DNA from: Candidatus Brocadiia bacterium
GTDB taxonomy: Bacteria; Planctomycetota; Brocadiia; CAIUPP01
Assembly: GCA_050015075.1 (NCBI GenBank)
Contig: JBEKCB010000007.1
Span: 32,001-96,000 of the forward strand
Direction of reading: 5' to 3'
Length of the DNA: 64,000 bases
The notes under the pieces are model-generated. The model saw nothing but the letters and a program-made list of their open reading frames with translations, was not told where the DNA came from and did no database searches. Shown here piece after piece: positions 37,848 through 48,785 of this stretch. Both the position numbers and the translations under genes were made by a program. How positions within the stretch are numbered: position 1 is the stretch's first letter; each line of letters opens with the position of its first letter.

Positions 37848-39284
37848 TCAATTCCGAGGCTGCTGCTTCTGATCCTCGGCGAAAGTGGTCGGGTTGCGCG
37901 CGTAAACGCGGGCGACGTTCATCTCCACGATGCCGTTCCTGACGAGGTTGGCCAGGGAGTGGTCGAGCAGGTACATGCCGGACTTGCTGCCCGACTCCTG
38001 ACACGTCTGGATCTGGTCCATGTGCCCCTGCCGGATGAGATTGCTCACCGCCGGCGTAACGATCAGCACTTCGGTCGCCAGCACACGCCCCTTCAGGTCG
38101 CGGCGCGGCAGCAGGACCTGTCCGATGACGCCCTGCAGGACCGATGCCAACTGCCTGCGCACTTGCTCCTGCTGCCCGCCCGGATAGGCGTCCACGATGC
38201 GATTGATGCATTCAATGGTATTGGTCGTGTGAAGGGTGGTCAGCACCAGGTGGCCCGACTCCGCCGCCGTGATGGCCATCGAAGTCGAGTCCAGATCGCG
38301 AATCTCGCCCACGAGGATCACGTTGGGGTCCTGCCGCAACACGTGCCGGAGCGCGCTGGCAAAGGAAGGCGTATCCACCCCCACTTCCCGCTGCTTGACA
38401 ATGCTGCCCGAGCCGGCGGAGGCGTAAATGTACTCGATGGGGTCCTCAATGCTGATGATCATACACTGGCGCTGACGACGGATCAGATCCACGATGGAGG
38501 CGAGGGTCGTGCTCTTGCCGGATCCCGCCGGACCGCTGACGATCACCAGCCCCTTCTGCAGCTTGGCGAGGTCCTGCACGACTGCGGGCAGTCCAAGCTC
38601 GTCCCACGGTGGAATGGAGATGGATATCACGCGGAAGGCCGCCTCGACGTTCCCCATACCGATGTTCACGTTGACTCGGAATCGTGTGCCTTCAGGAAGG
38701 GTGTATGAGAAGTCCATATCCTGGTGCTGCTGAAAACCCTGGCTTTGCTCCTCGCTCATCATGCCCATCAGGATGCGCTCGAGCACGGGGGCCTCGAGGA
38801 CTTGGGTGTCGCCCGGCACAAGGTTGCCGTTAATGCGGAACATCGGAGGCCGGCCGGCTGTCAAGTGTACGTCCGAAGCTCCCCGCTGCACCGCCTCCCG
38901 CAAGATCTGGTTCATCCTGCCGGATTCCGCGTACTCTTCCATTGCATGGCGGTCGTCCGGATCCATTTTGTCAATCGCGATCCCGTGAAGAAACAAGGTA
39001 CCGCCCGCGACTTCCGCTAGCCGCACAACGCGTCCCTGCGCCCGCACCGGCGCGCGCACCAGCCCCGTGATGAACAGTTGCATGTCCACGCGCGACCCGA
39101 CCTGCAGCGGCTTCTGGCCCTCGAACGCGATGCCATTCGCGCTGACATCCACCGCCGTTGCCGTCCCCGCCAGCGGCTTGAGATCCTCGGTTTGGTACTT
39201 GACCATGAAACGGGCGCGCTTGCGCCAACTTTTCCGTTTGGATAAGAGCAGATCATTCTCGTGGACTAGACTTGAACGCGCCAT
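37848..39284 (-). CDS. pilT: PilZ-domain-fused PilT/PilU-family ATPase
   Basis: N-terminal RKRAR and DVSANG; ASDVHL, GPAGSGKSTT, EDPIE, LRQDPNVILVGEIRD and AVSNLIRQ motifs. Confidence 0.88.
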   Translation of the reverse strand: MARSSLVHENDLLLSKRKSWRKRARFMVKYQTEDLKPLAGTATAVDVSANGIAFEGQKPLQVGSRVDMQLFITGLVRAPVRAQGRVVRLAEVAGGTLFLHGIAIDKMDPDDRHAMEEYAESGRMNQILREAVQRGASDVHLTAGRPPMFRINGNLVPGDTQVLEAPVLERILMGMMSEEQSQGFQQHQDMDFSYTLPEGTRFRVNVNIGMGNVEAAFRVISISIPPWDELGLPAVVQDLAKLQKGLVIVSGPAGSGKSTTLASIVDLIRRQRQCMIISIEDPIEYIYASAGSGSIVKQREVGVDTPSFASALRHVLRQDPNVILVGEIRDLDSTSMAITAAESGHLVLTTLHTTNTIECINRIVDAYPGGQQEQVRRQLASVLQGVIGQVLLPRRDLKGRVLATEVLIVTPAVSNLIRQGHMDQIQTCQESGSKSGMYLLDHSLANLVRNGIVEMNVARVYARNPTTFAEDQKQQPRN

Positions 39285-39485
39285 GCTATCGCCTCCTAAA
39301 AGGGTGCCCACCGCCGCCTTGTTGCAGCGCCTCCAGCCTGTAAGTTCCAGCCATTGTCGAGCGGTGAGCCCACGCACATCCGCGTTTAGCGCCCGTCCTC
39401 CGTCTCGAGGTGACCGCGCCGCCATGGTCCTTAATAATCCCGTGGCTGATCGCAAGCCCGGGCCCGTGCCGCGGTCGCGCGGCTT

Positions 39486-41357
39486 TCAAATGGACATCTC
39501 CAGCTCGAACGCGTCTTCCAATGTGGTAATGCCCGCGATGGCCTTGCGCAGCGCGTTCTCGAGCAAGCTGCCGGACGCGTGCTTTCTTTGGTACGCGCGC
39601 AGTTCGGCCTCCGGCGCGCGGCGCGTCACGAGTTCTTTCGCCTCATCATCGAGGTGGAAGTACTCGAAGACGGCGGCGCGCCCGCGATAGCCGGTCCCGG
39701 CGCAGTTGGCGCAGCCGGCGCCGCGCCAGAGCCGTTTCGGAATGTCCTCCTGGAGGAGTTCGTGCATGCGCGCCCGCACCGGGTCGGGCAGGTCGTACTC
39801 TTCCTTGCAATGCGGGCAGATCGAGCGCACGAGCCGTTGCGCGGCCGCCGTGATTAGCGTCGAGGCGATCAGGTACGGTTCGGTGCCCATGTTGACCATG
39901 CGCGTAATGGTGGAGACGGAGTCGTTGGTGTGGATCGTGCTCAAGACGAGATGCCCGGTGAGCGAGGAGCGGATGCCGATCTCGAGCGTTTCGAGGTCGC
40001 GCATCTCGCCGACCATGATGATGTCCGGGTCCTGCCGCAGGATGGACCGCAGCGCGCGCGCGAAGGTCAGCCCGATCTCCGGCCGCGCGTGCACCTGCGT
40101 GACGCCCTCGACCTCGTACTCGATCGGGTCTTCGACGGAGATGACGTTCTTGGTGACGTTCTTGACGTATTGGAGGCTCGCGTAGAGCGTGGTGGTCTTG
40201 CCGCTGCCGGTCGGCCCGGTGACCAGGATCATGCCGCTCTGCCGGGCGAGGATCTTCTGCATATGCGCCAGGAAGGCCGCGTCGGTGATGATCTTGTTCA
40301 GCTCGAGGTTCACTGAGCTCCGGTCGAGGATTCGCAGCACGACCTTTTCGCCGTTGATGGAGGGCAAGGTAGAAACGCGCAGGTCTACGTCGCGCCCCTG
40401 GAACTTTGCGCGCATGCGGCCGTCGAGCGGCAGCCGTTTCTCCGCGATGTCCAGCCGCGAGAGGATCTTGATGCGCGAGATCACGGCGTTCTGCATCCGC
40501 TTGGGCGGCGGGATCGTTCGGCGCAGGCGACCGTCCACGCGCACGCGGACGGAGACCGCTTCGCGGCCGGGTTCGATGTGGATATCGCTGGCGCGCTCGG
40601 CGATGGAGTCTCTGATCAGCGAGTCCACGTATTTCACCACCGGCGCGTCCTCGGCCTCGTTGCGGAGCTGCTCGGCCTCCGCCACGGACTCATCGCTCTC
40701 GAGGCTGATTTCCTCTTCGTTTCCGGTGGTGACCATATCCGAGGCGCTGCGTTGCAGATCGGAACGGATCCCATAGCAGCGCTCGAGCGCTTGGCGGATG
40801 GCGTGTTCGGTCGCGGCCACCGGCTTCACCTCGAAGCCGGTCACGGCGCGGACCACGTCGAGCGCGTAGACGTTGCCCGGGCTGCTCATAGCGACGACGA
40901 GGACGTTGCCCTCAATGCGCAGGGGAATCAGCGAGTAACGGCGCGCAATGCGGTCCGGCACCACTGCAATCGCCGCCGGCTGCGTCTCGGAAGGCTCGGT
41001 CAATTCGGTGAAGCCGACTCCCAGGCGAAGGCTCACCGCATACGCGAGCTGCCCTTCGTTGATCACTCCTTTGTGGAGCAGCCGCATGCCCAATCGGGCG
41101 TAGGCGTCTTCCTTGCTGTCGAGCGCCTGATCAATCTGTACCGTCGTGACATAGCCCAGGTCCACCAGGATTTCGCCGATGCGCCGGCCCGGCGTATTGC
41201 CGTTCGTTTCCGGCTCCGAAGCGCCCGCCGCGCCGGAAGCCGCCGCGCCGGCTGCGTTGTTTTCGGGAATCACGGCGAGCGGGACGGCTTCCCCTGCCGT
41301 TCCCGCCGGGCGGGGCTTGTAGGCCAGCATCTCAGGCCGCGCGGATGAAACAACCAT
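39486..41357 (-). CDS. pilB: PilB/GspE-family ATPase with MshEN-type N-terminus
   Basis: RIGEILVDLGYVT..RLGMRLLHKG; ASDIHIEP, GPTGSGKTTT and CxxC zinc pairs. Confidence 0.9.
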   Translation of the reverse strand: MVVSSARPEMLAYKPRPAGTAGEAVPLAVIPENNAAGAAASGAAGASEPETNGNTPGRRIGEILVDLGYVTTVQIDQALDSKEDAYARLGMRLLHKGVINEGQLAYAVSLRLGVGFTELTEPSETQPAAIAVVPDRIARRYSLIPLRIEGNVLVVAMSSPGNVYALDVVRAVTGFEVKPVAATEHAIRQALERCYGIRSDLQRSASDMVTTGNEEEISLESDESVAEAEQLRNEAEDAPVVKYVDSLIRDSIAERASDIHIEPGREAVSVRVRVDGRLRRTIPPPKRMQNAVISRIKILSRLDIAEKRLPLDGRMRAKFQGRDVDLRVSTLPSINGEKVVLRILDRSSVNLELNKIITDAAFLAHMQKILARQSGMILVTGPTGSGKTTTLYASLQYVKNVTKNVISVEDPIEYEVEGVTQVHARPEIGLTFARALRSILRQDPDIIMVGEMRDLETLEIGIRSSLTGHLVLSTIHTNDSVSTITRMVNMGTEPYLIASTLITAAAQRLVRSICPHCKEEYDLPDPVRARMHELLQEDIPKRLWRGAGCANCAGTGYRGRAAVFEYFHLDDEAKELVTRRAPEAELRAYQRKHASGSLLENALRKAIAGITTLEDAFELEMSI

Positions 41358-41462
41358 GGTAAACGACCTTTCTGAAAATGTCGCCGGGTCCGCCGCAGGC
41401 GGAATGCCGAATGTCTTGTGATGAATTCATTCGGCCATGGGCCATCCGTCAATGGCCGCCCA

Positions 41463-42365
41463 TCATCTCTTCGGTTCTTTGAGGCGCTCCACAAACACGC
41501 CGGGTTTCTCCCCGCCGCCGACGGCCGTCGCTCCGTATTCCCCGTTTGAAGTCAGGTCGCCCGCGAGCCGCTTGAGCGCCGCGCGGTGAATCTGGCAGAC
41601 GCGGGGAACGGTCACATGGAGGATGGCGCCTATCTCGTGCAGCGCCAGCCGCTCGAAGTAATAGCGCCTGATGACCATCCGCTCGGTCCCGGGCAGGCGA
41701 AGGATGGCTCCGGCGAGCCGGGACTTGCTCTCCTCGAGCGCCGCGCAGTCCGGCGGCTGGAGTGCGGAGTCGCGCCGCTCGTACTGCGGCATCGCATACT
41801 TCCCATCGAGCCCACCCGCCGGCGGCGGGGCGTCCAACGAGAAAAACGCGTGCGCACCGGCGACCTTCAGCCTGGCGAGATCCTGCGCCGCGAGTCCCGC
41901 TCGGCCGCAAATCTCGGCGGACGTCGGCGGCCGGCTGACTTCCTGCTCGAGTTCCGCGCTGATGCGCGCGACGCGTCGCAGCGTCGAACGCACCGAACGC
42001 GGCAGCCAATCGGCGGACCGCAGCAGATCCAGCATAGCTCCGCGGATCCGGATCATAGCGTAAGTGTGAAAGCGTATGTTCCGGCCCGGGTCAAAACGGT
42101 CGGTCGCTTCAATCAGGCCCAGCGTGCCCGCTTCCAGCAAGTCTTCCCGGTCAACGTGAGACGGCAAGTGCGCGGCGACGCAGGACAGGACATGTTTCAC
42201 CAGCGGCAGATGGTCCAGAATCAACTTCTCCCGCACCGCTTGCGAAAAACGCCCGGCATGGCGTCCGCGCTCCACGGCTTCTCCTGCACATGGGCTCGCC
42301 TTCCGGCCGAACGACGCGCGACGAGCCGCCATGCCCGTGACGCGATCCGCCGTGGAAGTTATCAT
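41463..42365 (-). CDS. fliA: FliA/WhiG family sigma factor (sigma-28)
   Basis: HLPLVK, DLLEAGTLGL, RIRGAMLDLLRSADWLPRSVR and EIGAILHVTVPRVCQIH motifs. Confidence 0.88.
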   Translation of the reverse strand: MITSTADRVTGMAARRASFGRKASPCAGEAVERGRHAGRFSQAVREKLILDHLPLVKHVLSCVAAHLPSHVDREDLLEAGTLGLIEATDRFDPGRNIRFHTYAMIRIRGAMLDLLRSADWLPRSVRSTLRRVARISAELEQEVSRPPTSAEICGRAGLAAQDLARLKVAGAHAFFSLDAPPPAGGLDGKYAMPQYERRDSALQPPDCAALEESKSRLAGAILRLPGTERMVIRRYYFERLALHEIGAILHVTVPRVCQIHRAALKRLAGDLTSNGEYGATAVGGGEKPGVFVERLKEPKR

Positions 42366-42409
42366 CTGCTTCTCCTTTTCCGGCCCGTCGTTGCTTTTCA
42401 AGTGCCGCA

Positions 42410-42829
42410 TCATCCGTCGCGCGCACCGGCGCTCACCGCCCGCACCCCGCTTAACCCGCCGCCGAGAAAGAAAGCGCACAAGAGCGACGCGTTATCACTC
42501 TCGACGGTCCAGATTTCCTCGATAATCTCGATCATGTGATCCAGCAGCGTATCCAATTTCGAGCGGTCCGGGCATTTCGGCGGCTTCTTGAAAAGCACAA
42601 CGGCCCTCGCGGCGCGCATTCCCAATTCGATCTCTTCGACCATCTGGAGGAGGTCCTCCTTCTCGTCCCGGAGGTCGTGGAATTGATCCAGGTCCCATCC
42701 TTCGTGGAGCGTGTCGTGCTGTTTCCATGTGAGCCTGCGGACGTGCGTGTAGAGTTGCGCCTCTTCTTTGTAACCGTGCACCAGGGCGTTGATAGCCGCC
42801 GCGACGTCGGTCAGCGTGTCGTTCTTCAC
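42410..42829 (-). CDS. Helical hypothetical protein, possibly FlgN-like
   Basis: GAGGAGGG RBS, GTG start, four-helix pattern, directly upstream of fliA. Confidence 0.5.
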   Translation of the reverse strand: MKNDTLTDVAAAINALVHGYKEEAQLYTHVRRLTWKQHDTLHEGWDLDQFHDLRDEKEDLLQMVEEIELGMRAARAVVLFKKPPKCPDRSKLDTLLDHMIEIIEEIWTVESDNASLLCAFFLGGGLSGVRAVSAGARDG

Positions 42830-42939
42830 GGAATTCCCTCCTCATATCTCGCAAAATGAAAGTGTGCGGCCCAGCTCAGGCCACCGTTTGCACCGGGTCG
42901 TCTCCCTGACGGAACGCTCCCCGCGTGTCAATCCAGTCT

Positions 42940-43812
42940 TCAATCCCGGACGCAATCTCTGCCGGCGGACTTGGCGCGATACAGGGCCTCGTCGGCTGCC
43001 TGGAGAAGCGCCCCCGCCGAGTTACGGCCCTCGCTATCCGCGACGCCAAAGCTCACTGTGACCTCCAATGTCTTGTCGCGAACTGTCAAGTGTCCGGAGC
43101 GGATGCTCATCCGCAGCCGCTCGGCGAAGGCCATGGCGCCCTGAAGAGAGATTTCCGGCGCCACGACGACGAACTCCTCGCCGCCGAAGCGAACAGGGGT
43201 ATCCGATTGGCGGCAGCGCGCGGCCAGCAGGCGGGCCACCTGGCGCAGGACATCGTCGCCTGCCGCATGGCCAAACTGGTCGTTGACCCTTTTGAAATGA
43301 TCAATGTCCGCCATAATGACCGACAGATGCTCACCATACCGCACATGTCTGGTCCACTCGCGCTGAAGGCATTCGTCCAGGGCCCGGCGGTTGAACAACT
43401 CGGTCAGGGGATCCATCAAGGCGTGTTTCCGGAGCAGGTCCTGGAGACGCTTGGTCCGCAAGGCCGCCCGGACGCGCGCGCGCAACTCGAATGCGTCGAA
43501 GGGCTTGGTGACGAAGTCCACGCCTCCCAGATCCAGTCCCTTGACTTTATCGTCGGCGCCGTCCGACCCGGACAGGAAGATCACCGGAATCGAAGAGGTG
43601 AGCGCCTCGCTCTTCAGTCGCCGGCAGACCTCGAAGCCGCTCATGCCGGGCATGTCCACGTCCAGCAGGACCAGGTCCGGGATATCGCGGCTGGCCGCCT
43701 CAAGCCCATCTTTGCCGCCGCCGGCGCACAGAATCTCGTGGCCTTCATGGGCCAGCCGGGCCTTTGCCACAGCCAGCGCGTCGGGGCTATCGTCTATAAT
43801 GAGTATCTTCAT
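42940..43812 (-). CDS. REC-GGDEF diguanylate cyclase
   Basis: REC; [21 protein letters not shown]-site RQSD and GGEEF. Confidence 0.95.
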   Translation of the reverse strand: MKILIIDDSPDALAVAKARLAHEGHEILCAGGGKDGLEAASRDIPDLVLLDVDMPGMSGFEVCRRLKSEALTSSIPVIFLSGSDGADDKVKGLDLGGVDFVTKPFDAFELRARVRAALRTKRLQDLLRKHALMDPLTELFNRRALDECLQREWTRHVRYGEHLSVIMADIDHFKRVNDQFGHAAGDDVLRQVARLLAARCRQSDTPVRFGGEEFVVVAPEISLQGAMAFAERLRMSIRSGHLTVRDKTLEVTVSFGVADSEGRNSAGALLQAADEALYRAKSAGRDCVRD

Positions 43813-46793
43813 GTCTTCCCCACATCCGAGGACACGTAATCCGGCACGTGTCCTGCTTGAATTCTCTCGCACAAATGCCCCAGGTGGTCCAATACTCGAA
43901 TCGCCGCCTCGGCGTCGCCCGACCTGGCGTGGGATTCAAGCTCACCGGCCGCGTCGGTCAGGCAGGCGAAACCGTAACTGCCCCCGGCGCCCTTCATCTG
44001 GTGGGCCAGTCTGCGAAGCGCGTTCCACTGACTGTTGTGCGCCGCCTCCCGCATCTCCGCCAGTCGTCGCGGCAATTTGCCGACGAACTCCGCAATGATC
44101 CCCGCCATGTCCGGGTCGGTGCGGAAGACTGAGTGAATAGCATTCTCCGAAGACGCCTTCCCCGACGCCGGCACAACCGGCCCGCTCTCGCTCCCGGGTC
44201 CCGGACTGCCCATCAGCCGGGCGAGAATCGCCAGCAGGGCTATACGGTTCACCGGTTTCGTGGCGTAGTCATCGCACCCGGCGGCGATGCACTTCCGGCG
44301 ATCTTCCGGCATGGCGTGGGCTGTCAGGGCAACGATCGGCTTGTCGTACTTCGACTGACGCAGTTGACGGGTCGCGTCGTACCCGTCCATCACCGGCATT
44401 TGCATGTCCATGAGGATCGCGCCGTATGGCGCGCCCGCCGACAGCGCCGCCAGGGCTTTTTCCACGGCTGTTCGGCCGTTGGAGGCCAGGTCCACCTCCG
44501 CCCCGGCCATGCGAAGGATGAGGGAGATGAGCTTCTGGTTGTCAAGGCCGTCCTCGGCCAGCAGAACTCTGCCGCGAAGCTTCACGTCAGCGGGGGAAGG
44601 TGATCGTGATTCATGAGACATCCGAGTTGCCGCCTCGGAAAGATCACTCAGCATGCGGACAGACTCGGGAAGGTCCGTTTTCATCGTGAAGGTGAACGTA
44701 CTTCCCTTGCCCGGCACGCTGACGACGTGGACGTCGCCACCCAAGGCTTCCGCCAGCCGTTTGCTGATGGCCAGGCCCAGCCCGGTGCCCCCGTACTGCC
44801 GCGTCGTGGAGGAATCCGCCTGGGTGAACGGTTGGAAGAGCCGCTCGATCTGCTCGGGCGTCACGCCGATACCTGTATCCTTCACGTCGAAGGCCACGGC
44901 CGCGCGTTCGGCCTGGGCGTCCGTGACGCAGCGCACGACGATTTCCACGTGCCCCTTGGAGGTGAACTTCGCGGCATTACTGACCAGGTTCACAAGAACC
45001 TGTCGTATCCTTGCCGGATCGCTCAGGATCGTCTCCGGCAGGGGGAACTCGTAGCGGGCGTTCAGGCTCGTGTCCTTCTCAACGGCCCGGACCCTCATCA
45101 GCGACACCGTCTCTTCAACTAACTGCACGAGCGAACAGGGCACGCGCTCGACTTGAATTTTGCCGGCTTCGACCTTCGCCAGGTCCAGGATTTCGTTGAT
45201 GAGTTCCAGCAGGAGCTGGCCATTGCGACGAATGACCTGAATACTCTCTTTGTTCTGCACGCGCGTGGCGCAGGCTTGGTGATCCGGGCACGCGATGCAG
45301 CAGCACTCGATGGAGTTATCGAGCATGTCGGCGAATCCCAGGATCGCCGTCATCGGCGTGCGGATTTCATGACTCATGTTGGCCAGGAAAGCGCTCTTGG
45401 AAGCGTTGGCGGCATCGGCGGCAGCCTTGGCTTGTTTCAGGGCTTCCTCACTCTGCTTCTGTGCGGTGATGTCGCGGACCGTTGCCAGGATAAACACCTT
45501 GCCGGCCTGCTCCACCCGGGTGAGGAGCACGTTGGTGGGGAATTCCTCGCCGTCGAGCCGCTTGTGTATCCACTCGAAGAAGTGGGTGCCTTCGCGCATG
45601 GCCTTCTCAATCAGCACCCGGGCCTTCTCGGCGGAAACGCTCCCGTCCGGCTGCCGTTCGGGAGAAAGGTCCGCAGGCCCGTGCAAGAGGAACTCCGCCT
45701 CACTCTTTGCCCTGAACATCGCCACCGCTGCCGGGTTCCCGGATGTGAAACTCCATGACGGCGGCGCGTCGGTCATCAGGGCGTCGCGCGAGCTTTCAAA
45801 GAGAACCCGGAACCGCTCCTCGCTCTGCCGCAGCGCCTCCTCCGCCCGTTTGCGGTCGGTGATGTCCATATACGTTCCGAGCACGCCGATGATTTCTCCC
45901 GTAGAGTTGGGCAGAGGGACCTTGCTCGTGAGAACCGTGATGGTGTTTCCTTCAGGGGTCGTCTGGGGTTCTTCGGTGAGAAGCCTGGGGCGGCCGCTCT
46001 CGATGACTTGGCGGTCATCGGCGCGATATAATTCCGCCTGGTTGCGCCACACCATCTGGTAATCATCTTTTCCGATGATGTCTTTCGATTCGGCAAATCC
46101 CGCATCGCGCGCGAATGCCGCGTTACAGCCCAGGAAAACGAGGTTCTTGTCCTTCCAGAAAACCCTCATGGGTATTGCTTTGATAATACCTTCGATGATC
46201 TGTTGTGATGCCCGCAGCGCCTCCTCCGCCTGCTTGCGCCACGTGATATTGACGATGGAGGCGACGATGTGCGGTCGCCCGCCAATCACCGCCGGATCGG
46301 CGCTGATCTCAAGCCAGGGCTTGACCTGTACGCCGCCGACGGCCAGGACGGGCTGGACCTCAATCGCGTGAGCGGGTTGGCCGGTCTTGAAGACGTCTTC
46401 AATGACCGCTCGGATCGGACATGATGCACATGAGGAACTTCTCCCGCATCCTCCGGGGTGCTCTGAGGCATGCAGGCAGCCGAAGGCATCCCCGGGTTGG
46501 CGATTGACCATCTCGGCGGAGGTCTTGGCGACCAGCTTTGCGGCGACGTCGTTGACGGCTGTGATCACCGTGTTCGCGTCCATCAGCAGCAGCCCAACCG
46601 GCGAGGCATTGAACGTGCTTTGCCATCGCTGCTGGGAGGCCCGGGCTTCCTGGACGGCCTGCTCCAACTTTGTGGATTGGTCAATCACAACCCTTTCCTG
46701 CACCGTCAGCAACGCGGTCAGTGCCGCCACCTCAGCCTGCAGAATAGATGCCTTGTCGAGAACATCGCGGACAGCCACAACCTTTGCCTCCAT
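43809..46793 (-). CDS. PAS x3 hybrid histidine kinase with REC and Hpt
   Basis: [25 protein letters not shown]; REC (AED..MDMQMP); Hpt AHQMKGAGG. Confidence 0.95.
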   Translation of the reverse strand: MEAKVVAVRDVLDKASILQAEVAALTALLTVQERVVIDQSTKLEQAVQEARASQQRWQSTFNASPVGLLLMDANTVITAVNDVAAKLVAKTSAEMVNRQPGDAFGCLHASEHPGGCGRSSSCASCPIRAVIEDVFKTGQPAHAIEVQPVLAVGGVQVKPWLEISADPAVIGGRPHIVASIVNITWRKQAEEALRASQQIIEGIIKAIPMRVFWKDKNLVFLGCNAAFARDAGFAESKDIIGKDDYQMVWRNQAELYRADDRQVIESGRPRLLTEEPQTTPEGNTITVLTSKVPLPNSTGEIIGVLGTYMDITDRKRAEEALRQSEERFRVLFESSRDALMTDAPPSWSFTSGNPAAVAMFRAKSEAEFLLHGPADLSPERQPDGSVSAEKARVLIEKAMREGTHFFEWIHKRLDGEEFPTNVLLTRVEQAGKVFILATVRDITAQKQSEEALKQAKAAADAANASKSAFLANMSHEIRTPMTAILGFADMLDNSIECCCIACPDHQACATRVQNKESIQVIRRNGQLLLELINEILDLAKVEAGKIQVERVPCSLVQLVEETVSLMRVRAVEKDTSLNARYEFPLPETILSDPARIRQVLVNLVSNAAKFTSKGHVEIVVRCVTDAQAERAAVAFDVKDTGIGVTPEQIERLFQPFTQADSSTTRQYGGTGLGLAISKRLAEALGGDVHVVSVPGKGSTFTFTMKTDLPESVRMLSDLSEAATRMSHESRSPSPADVKLRGRVLLAEDGLDNQKLISLILRMAGAEVDLASNGRTAVEKALAALSAGAPYGAILMDMQMPVMDGYDATRQLRQSKYDKPIVALTAHAMPEDRRKCIAAGCDDYATKPVNRIALLAILARLMGSPGPGSESGPVVPASGKASSENAIHSVFRTDPDMAGIIAEFVGKLPRRLAEMREAAHNSQWNALRRLAHQMKGAGGSYGFACLTDAAGELESHARSGDAEAAIRVLDHLGHLCERIQAGHVPDYVSSDVGKT

Positions 46794-46814
46794 ATGGGAA
46801 CGGTTTCCGACGCA

Positions 46815-47540
46815 TCAGCCGAAGACTCTCCCGCTAACGAAGGACAGGAGGGCAATGCCGATGCTCAATGCCAGCGTCTTGAACATCTCGGCGGTCTCCG
46901 GCGGAACGTGGGCTCTGGAAAACAAGATCGTTGTGTAGAGATTCCCTGACGGCAGCATCCCACCGAAGCCGATCACGGACCGAACGCCGAACGGCACGAC
47001 GAATTCCTTCTGCGCCGGCACATACTCGTTGCCGACGGCGTCCGGGACATAGAAGACGTTGTACGTCTTCTGCGTCAGATCCATGATGACCTTCGGGTCG
47101 GGCTCCAGCAGGGTCTTGATCTCCAGCCCAAGCTGTTGGACCAGTTGGCGGACCATCGGCACGCGGTTGACGAACTGCTCGCTGGGCAGCGGGATGACTT
47201 TATGCCCTTGGGAGTTCCTCCGGAAGTTCCACTCCGGCCTCGCGCCGGCGGTGGCGAGCAGGACCAGACATTTCATCGAGGGAGGTGGCGAAGACGCGCC
47301 GATCATGTTCCGCGCAGCAGCCCGTAACTCTTCGTCAAGCTCGTCGTAGAAGTGAGTCTTGAATAAGCGAGCCAGGACGAAAGCCTGCCGGCCCGTCTTG
47401 CCGTCGAGGAAATGGTCATAGAGATAGCGCACTATGCGGTTTGCCGTTTCCTCCATGCTCGTCGCTCCGGCCGCCATCGTCCTCAGCGCGCCGGAGCATT
47501 CGGCCATGTCCTTCATCGTGAAGTTGCCGATGTCATGCAT
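46815..47540 (-). CDS. Conserved hypothetical signalling-associated protein
   Basis: MHDIGNFTMKDMAECSGALR..RLFKTH..CLVLLATAG..SVIGFGGMLPSG; start uncertain (47540 or 47690); its stop is in frame with the downstream kinase. Confidence 0.75.
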   Translation of the reverse strand: MHDIGNFTMKDMAECSGALRTMAAGATSMEETANRIVRYLYDHFLDGKTGRQAFVLARLFKTHFYDELDEELRAAARNMIGASSPPPSMKCLVLLATAGARPEWNFRRNSQGHKVIPLPSEQFVNRVPMVRQLVQQLGLEIKTLLEPDPKVIMDLTQKTYNVFYVPDAVGNEYVPAQKEFVVPFGVRSVIGFGGMLPSGNLYTTILFSRAHVPPETAEMFKTLALSIGIALLSFVSGRVFG

Positions 47541-47741
47541 CTTCGCTTCTCCCGGAGCGGCTACGTTCGTTACAATATTCTCTGCCGATGACGCATCTGC
47601 CGACGGCAAGCGCGCAGATGAATTGTGCGTTGCCTGCGACCGCACAGCCGCTGTCTCGCGCAGGGACTCGCGTTTCACGTCATTCTCCATGTTCTTTCCT
47701 GGCCGACGCGGCGATAAACCCAAGCCACACCCAGAGACATT

Positions 47742-48785
47742 TCACGGTTCGCTGATCTCCTCGCGGATCTTCCGGAACTCGGAGACGCCTTCCATAAAGG
47801 CGTCGAAGACGGCAGGGGCGAAGTGTTTCCCTCGTCCCTCTCGCATGACCTCAAGGGTTTGTGTTTCGGGGATCGCCGGGCGATAGACCCGGTTGTGCGT
47901 CATGGCGTCATACACGCTGGCGACGGCCACGATGCGCGCGCTGAGCGGAATGGCATCGCCGGCGAGCGCGTGGATATAGCCGTTGCCGTCCCACTTCTCG
48001 TGGTGCCACAACGCAATGTCCCTGGCCATGCGCAGCAGCGGCGCCTCCTCGCCGGAAAGCATCTGCGCCCCGATGACGGTATGCCGTTTCATGATCTCGA
48101 ATTCCTCAGCGGTCAGCTTCCCCGGCTTCCTGAGAATCGCGTCGGGGACCCCGATCTTCCCGATGTCGTGCATGGGCGCCGCCAGGCGGATGTCCTCCAG
48201 TTCGCGCCCTTCCCATCCCAATTGCTGGGCGATTTGCCAGGCGTAGAGGCCGATGCGCCTGGTGCCCGCCCCGGTTGCCTCGTCGCGGCGCTCTGCGGAG
48301 GCCAGCAGTCTCAGAATGATCGCCTCCTGGGTCGCCCGGACTTCCGCCGTCCGCTCGCTGACTTTCTGTTCGAATTCCTGTTCGTGGCGCCGGAGCGCCA
48401 TCACCAGGCGACGTCGTTCCAGAGCGTTGGCGACGTTGGCCACCAATTCGTTGGCCTCAAACGGCTTGACGATATACCCGTAAGCGCCCAGTTGAAGCGC
48501 CCGGATGGCTGTGGGCCGGTCATCAACGCCCGTCACCACGATCACGGCGGTGTCGGGGCGGGCATTCCGAACTTTTTCCAGGAGTTCCAGGCCCGACATC
48601 CCCGGCATCGTGATATCCAGCACCACCAGCGAGTACTCCGCGCGCTGCAGAAGGTCCCACGCTTCGTCACCGCTTGCCGCCGTGGTGCACTCATAGCCGT
48701 CGAGATCGAGCTGTCGCGACACGAGACGGCGCAGGCATTCTTCGTCGTCCACGACCAGTATGCGATGCCTTGGTTCGTCGGCCAT
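47742..48785 (-). CDS. REC + degenerate HD-GYP protein
   Basis: Near-identical to 48802..49944 but GAH->GAG, GYP->GYI and VADV->VASV. Confidence 0.88.
   Translation of the reverse strand: MADEPRHRILVVDDEECLRRLVSRQLDLDGYECTTAASGDEAWDLLQRAEYSLVVLDITMPGMSGLELLEKVRNARPDTAVIVVTGVDDRPTAIRALQLGAYGYIVKPFEANELVANVANALERRRLVMALRRHEQEFEQKVSERTAEVRATQEAIILRLLASAERRDEATGAGTRRIGLYAWQIAQQLGWEGRELEDIRLAAPMHDIGKIGVPDAILRKPGKLTAEEFEIMKRHTVIGAQMLSGEEAPLLRMARDIALWHHEKWDGNGYIHALAGDAIPLSARIVAVASVYDAMTHNRVYRPAIPETQTLEVMREGRGKHFAPAVFDAFMEGVSEFRKIREEISEP

Noticed and set aside
46815-46817. Selenocysteine codon
   Set aside because: No redox motif context or convincing SECIS can be shown by eye; kept only as an open possibility in the findings.
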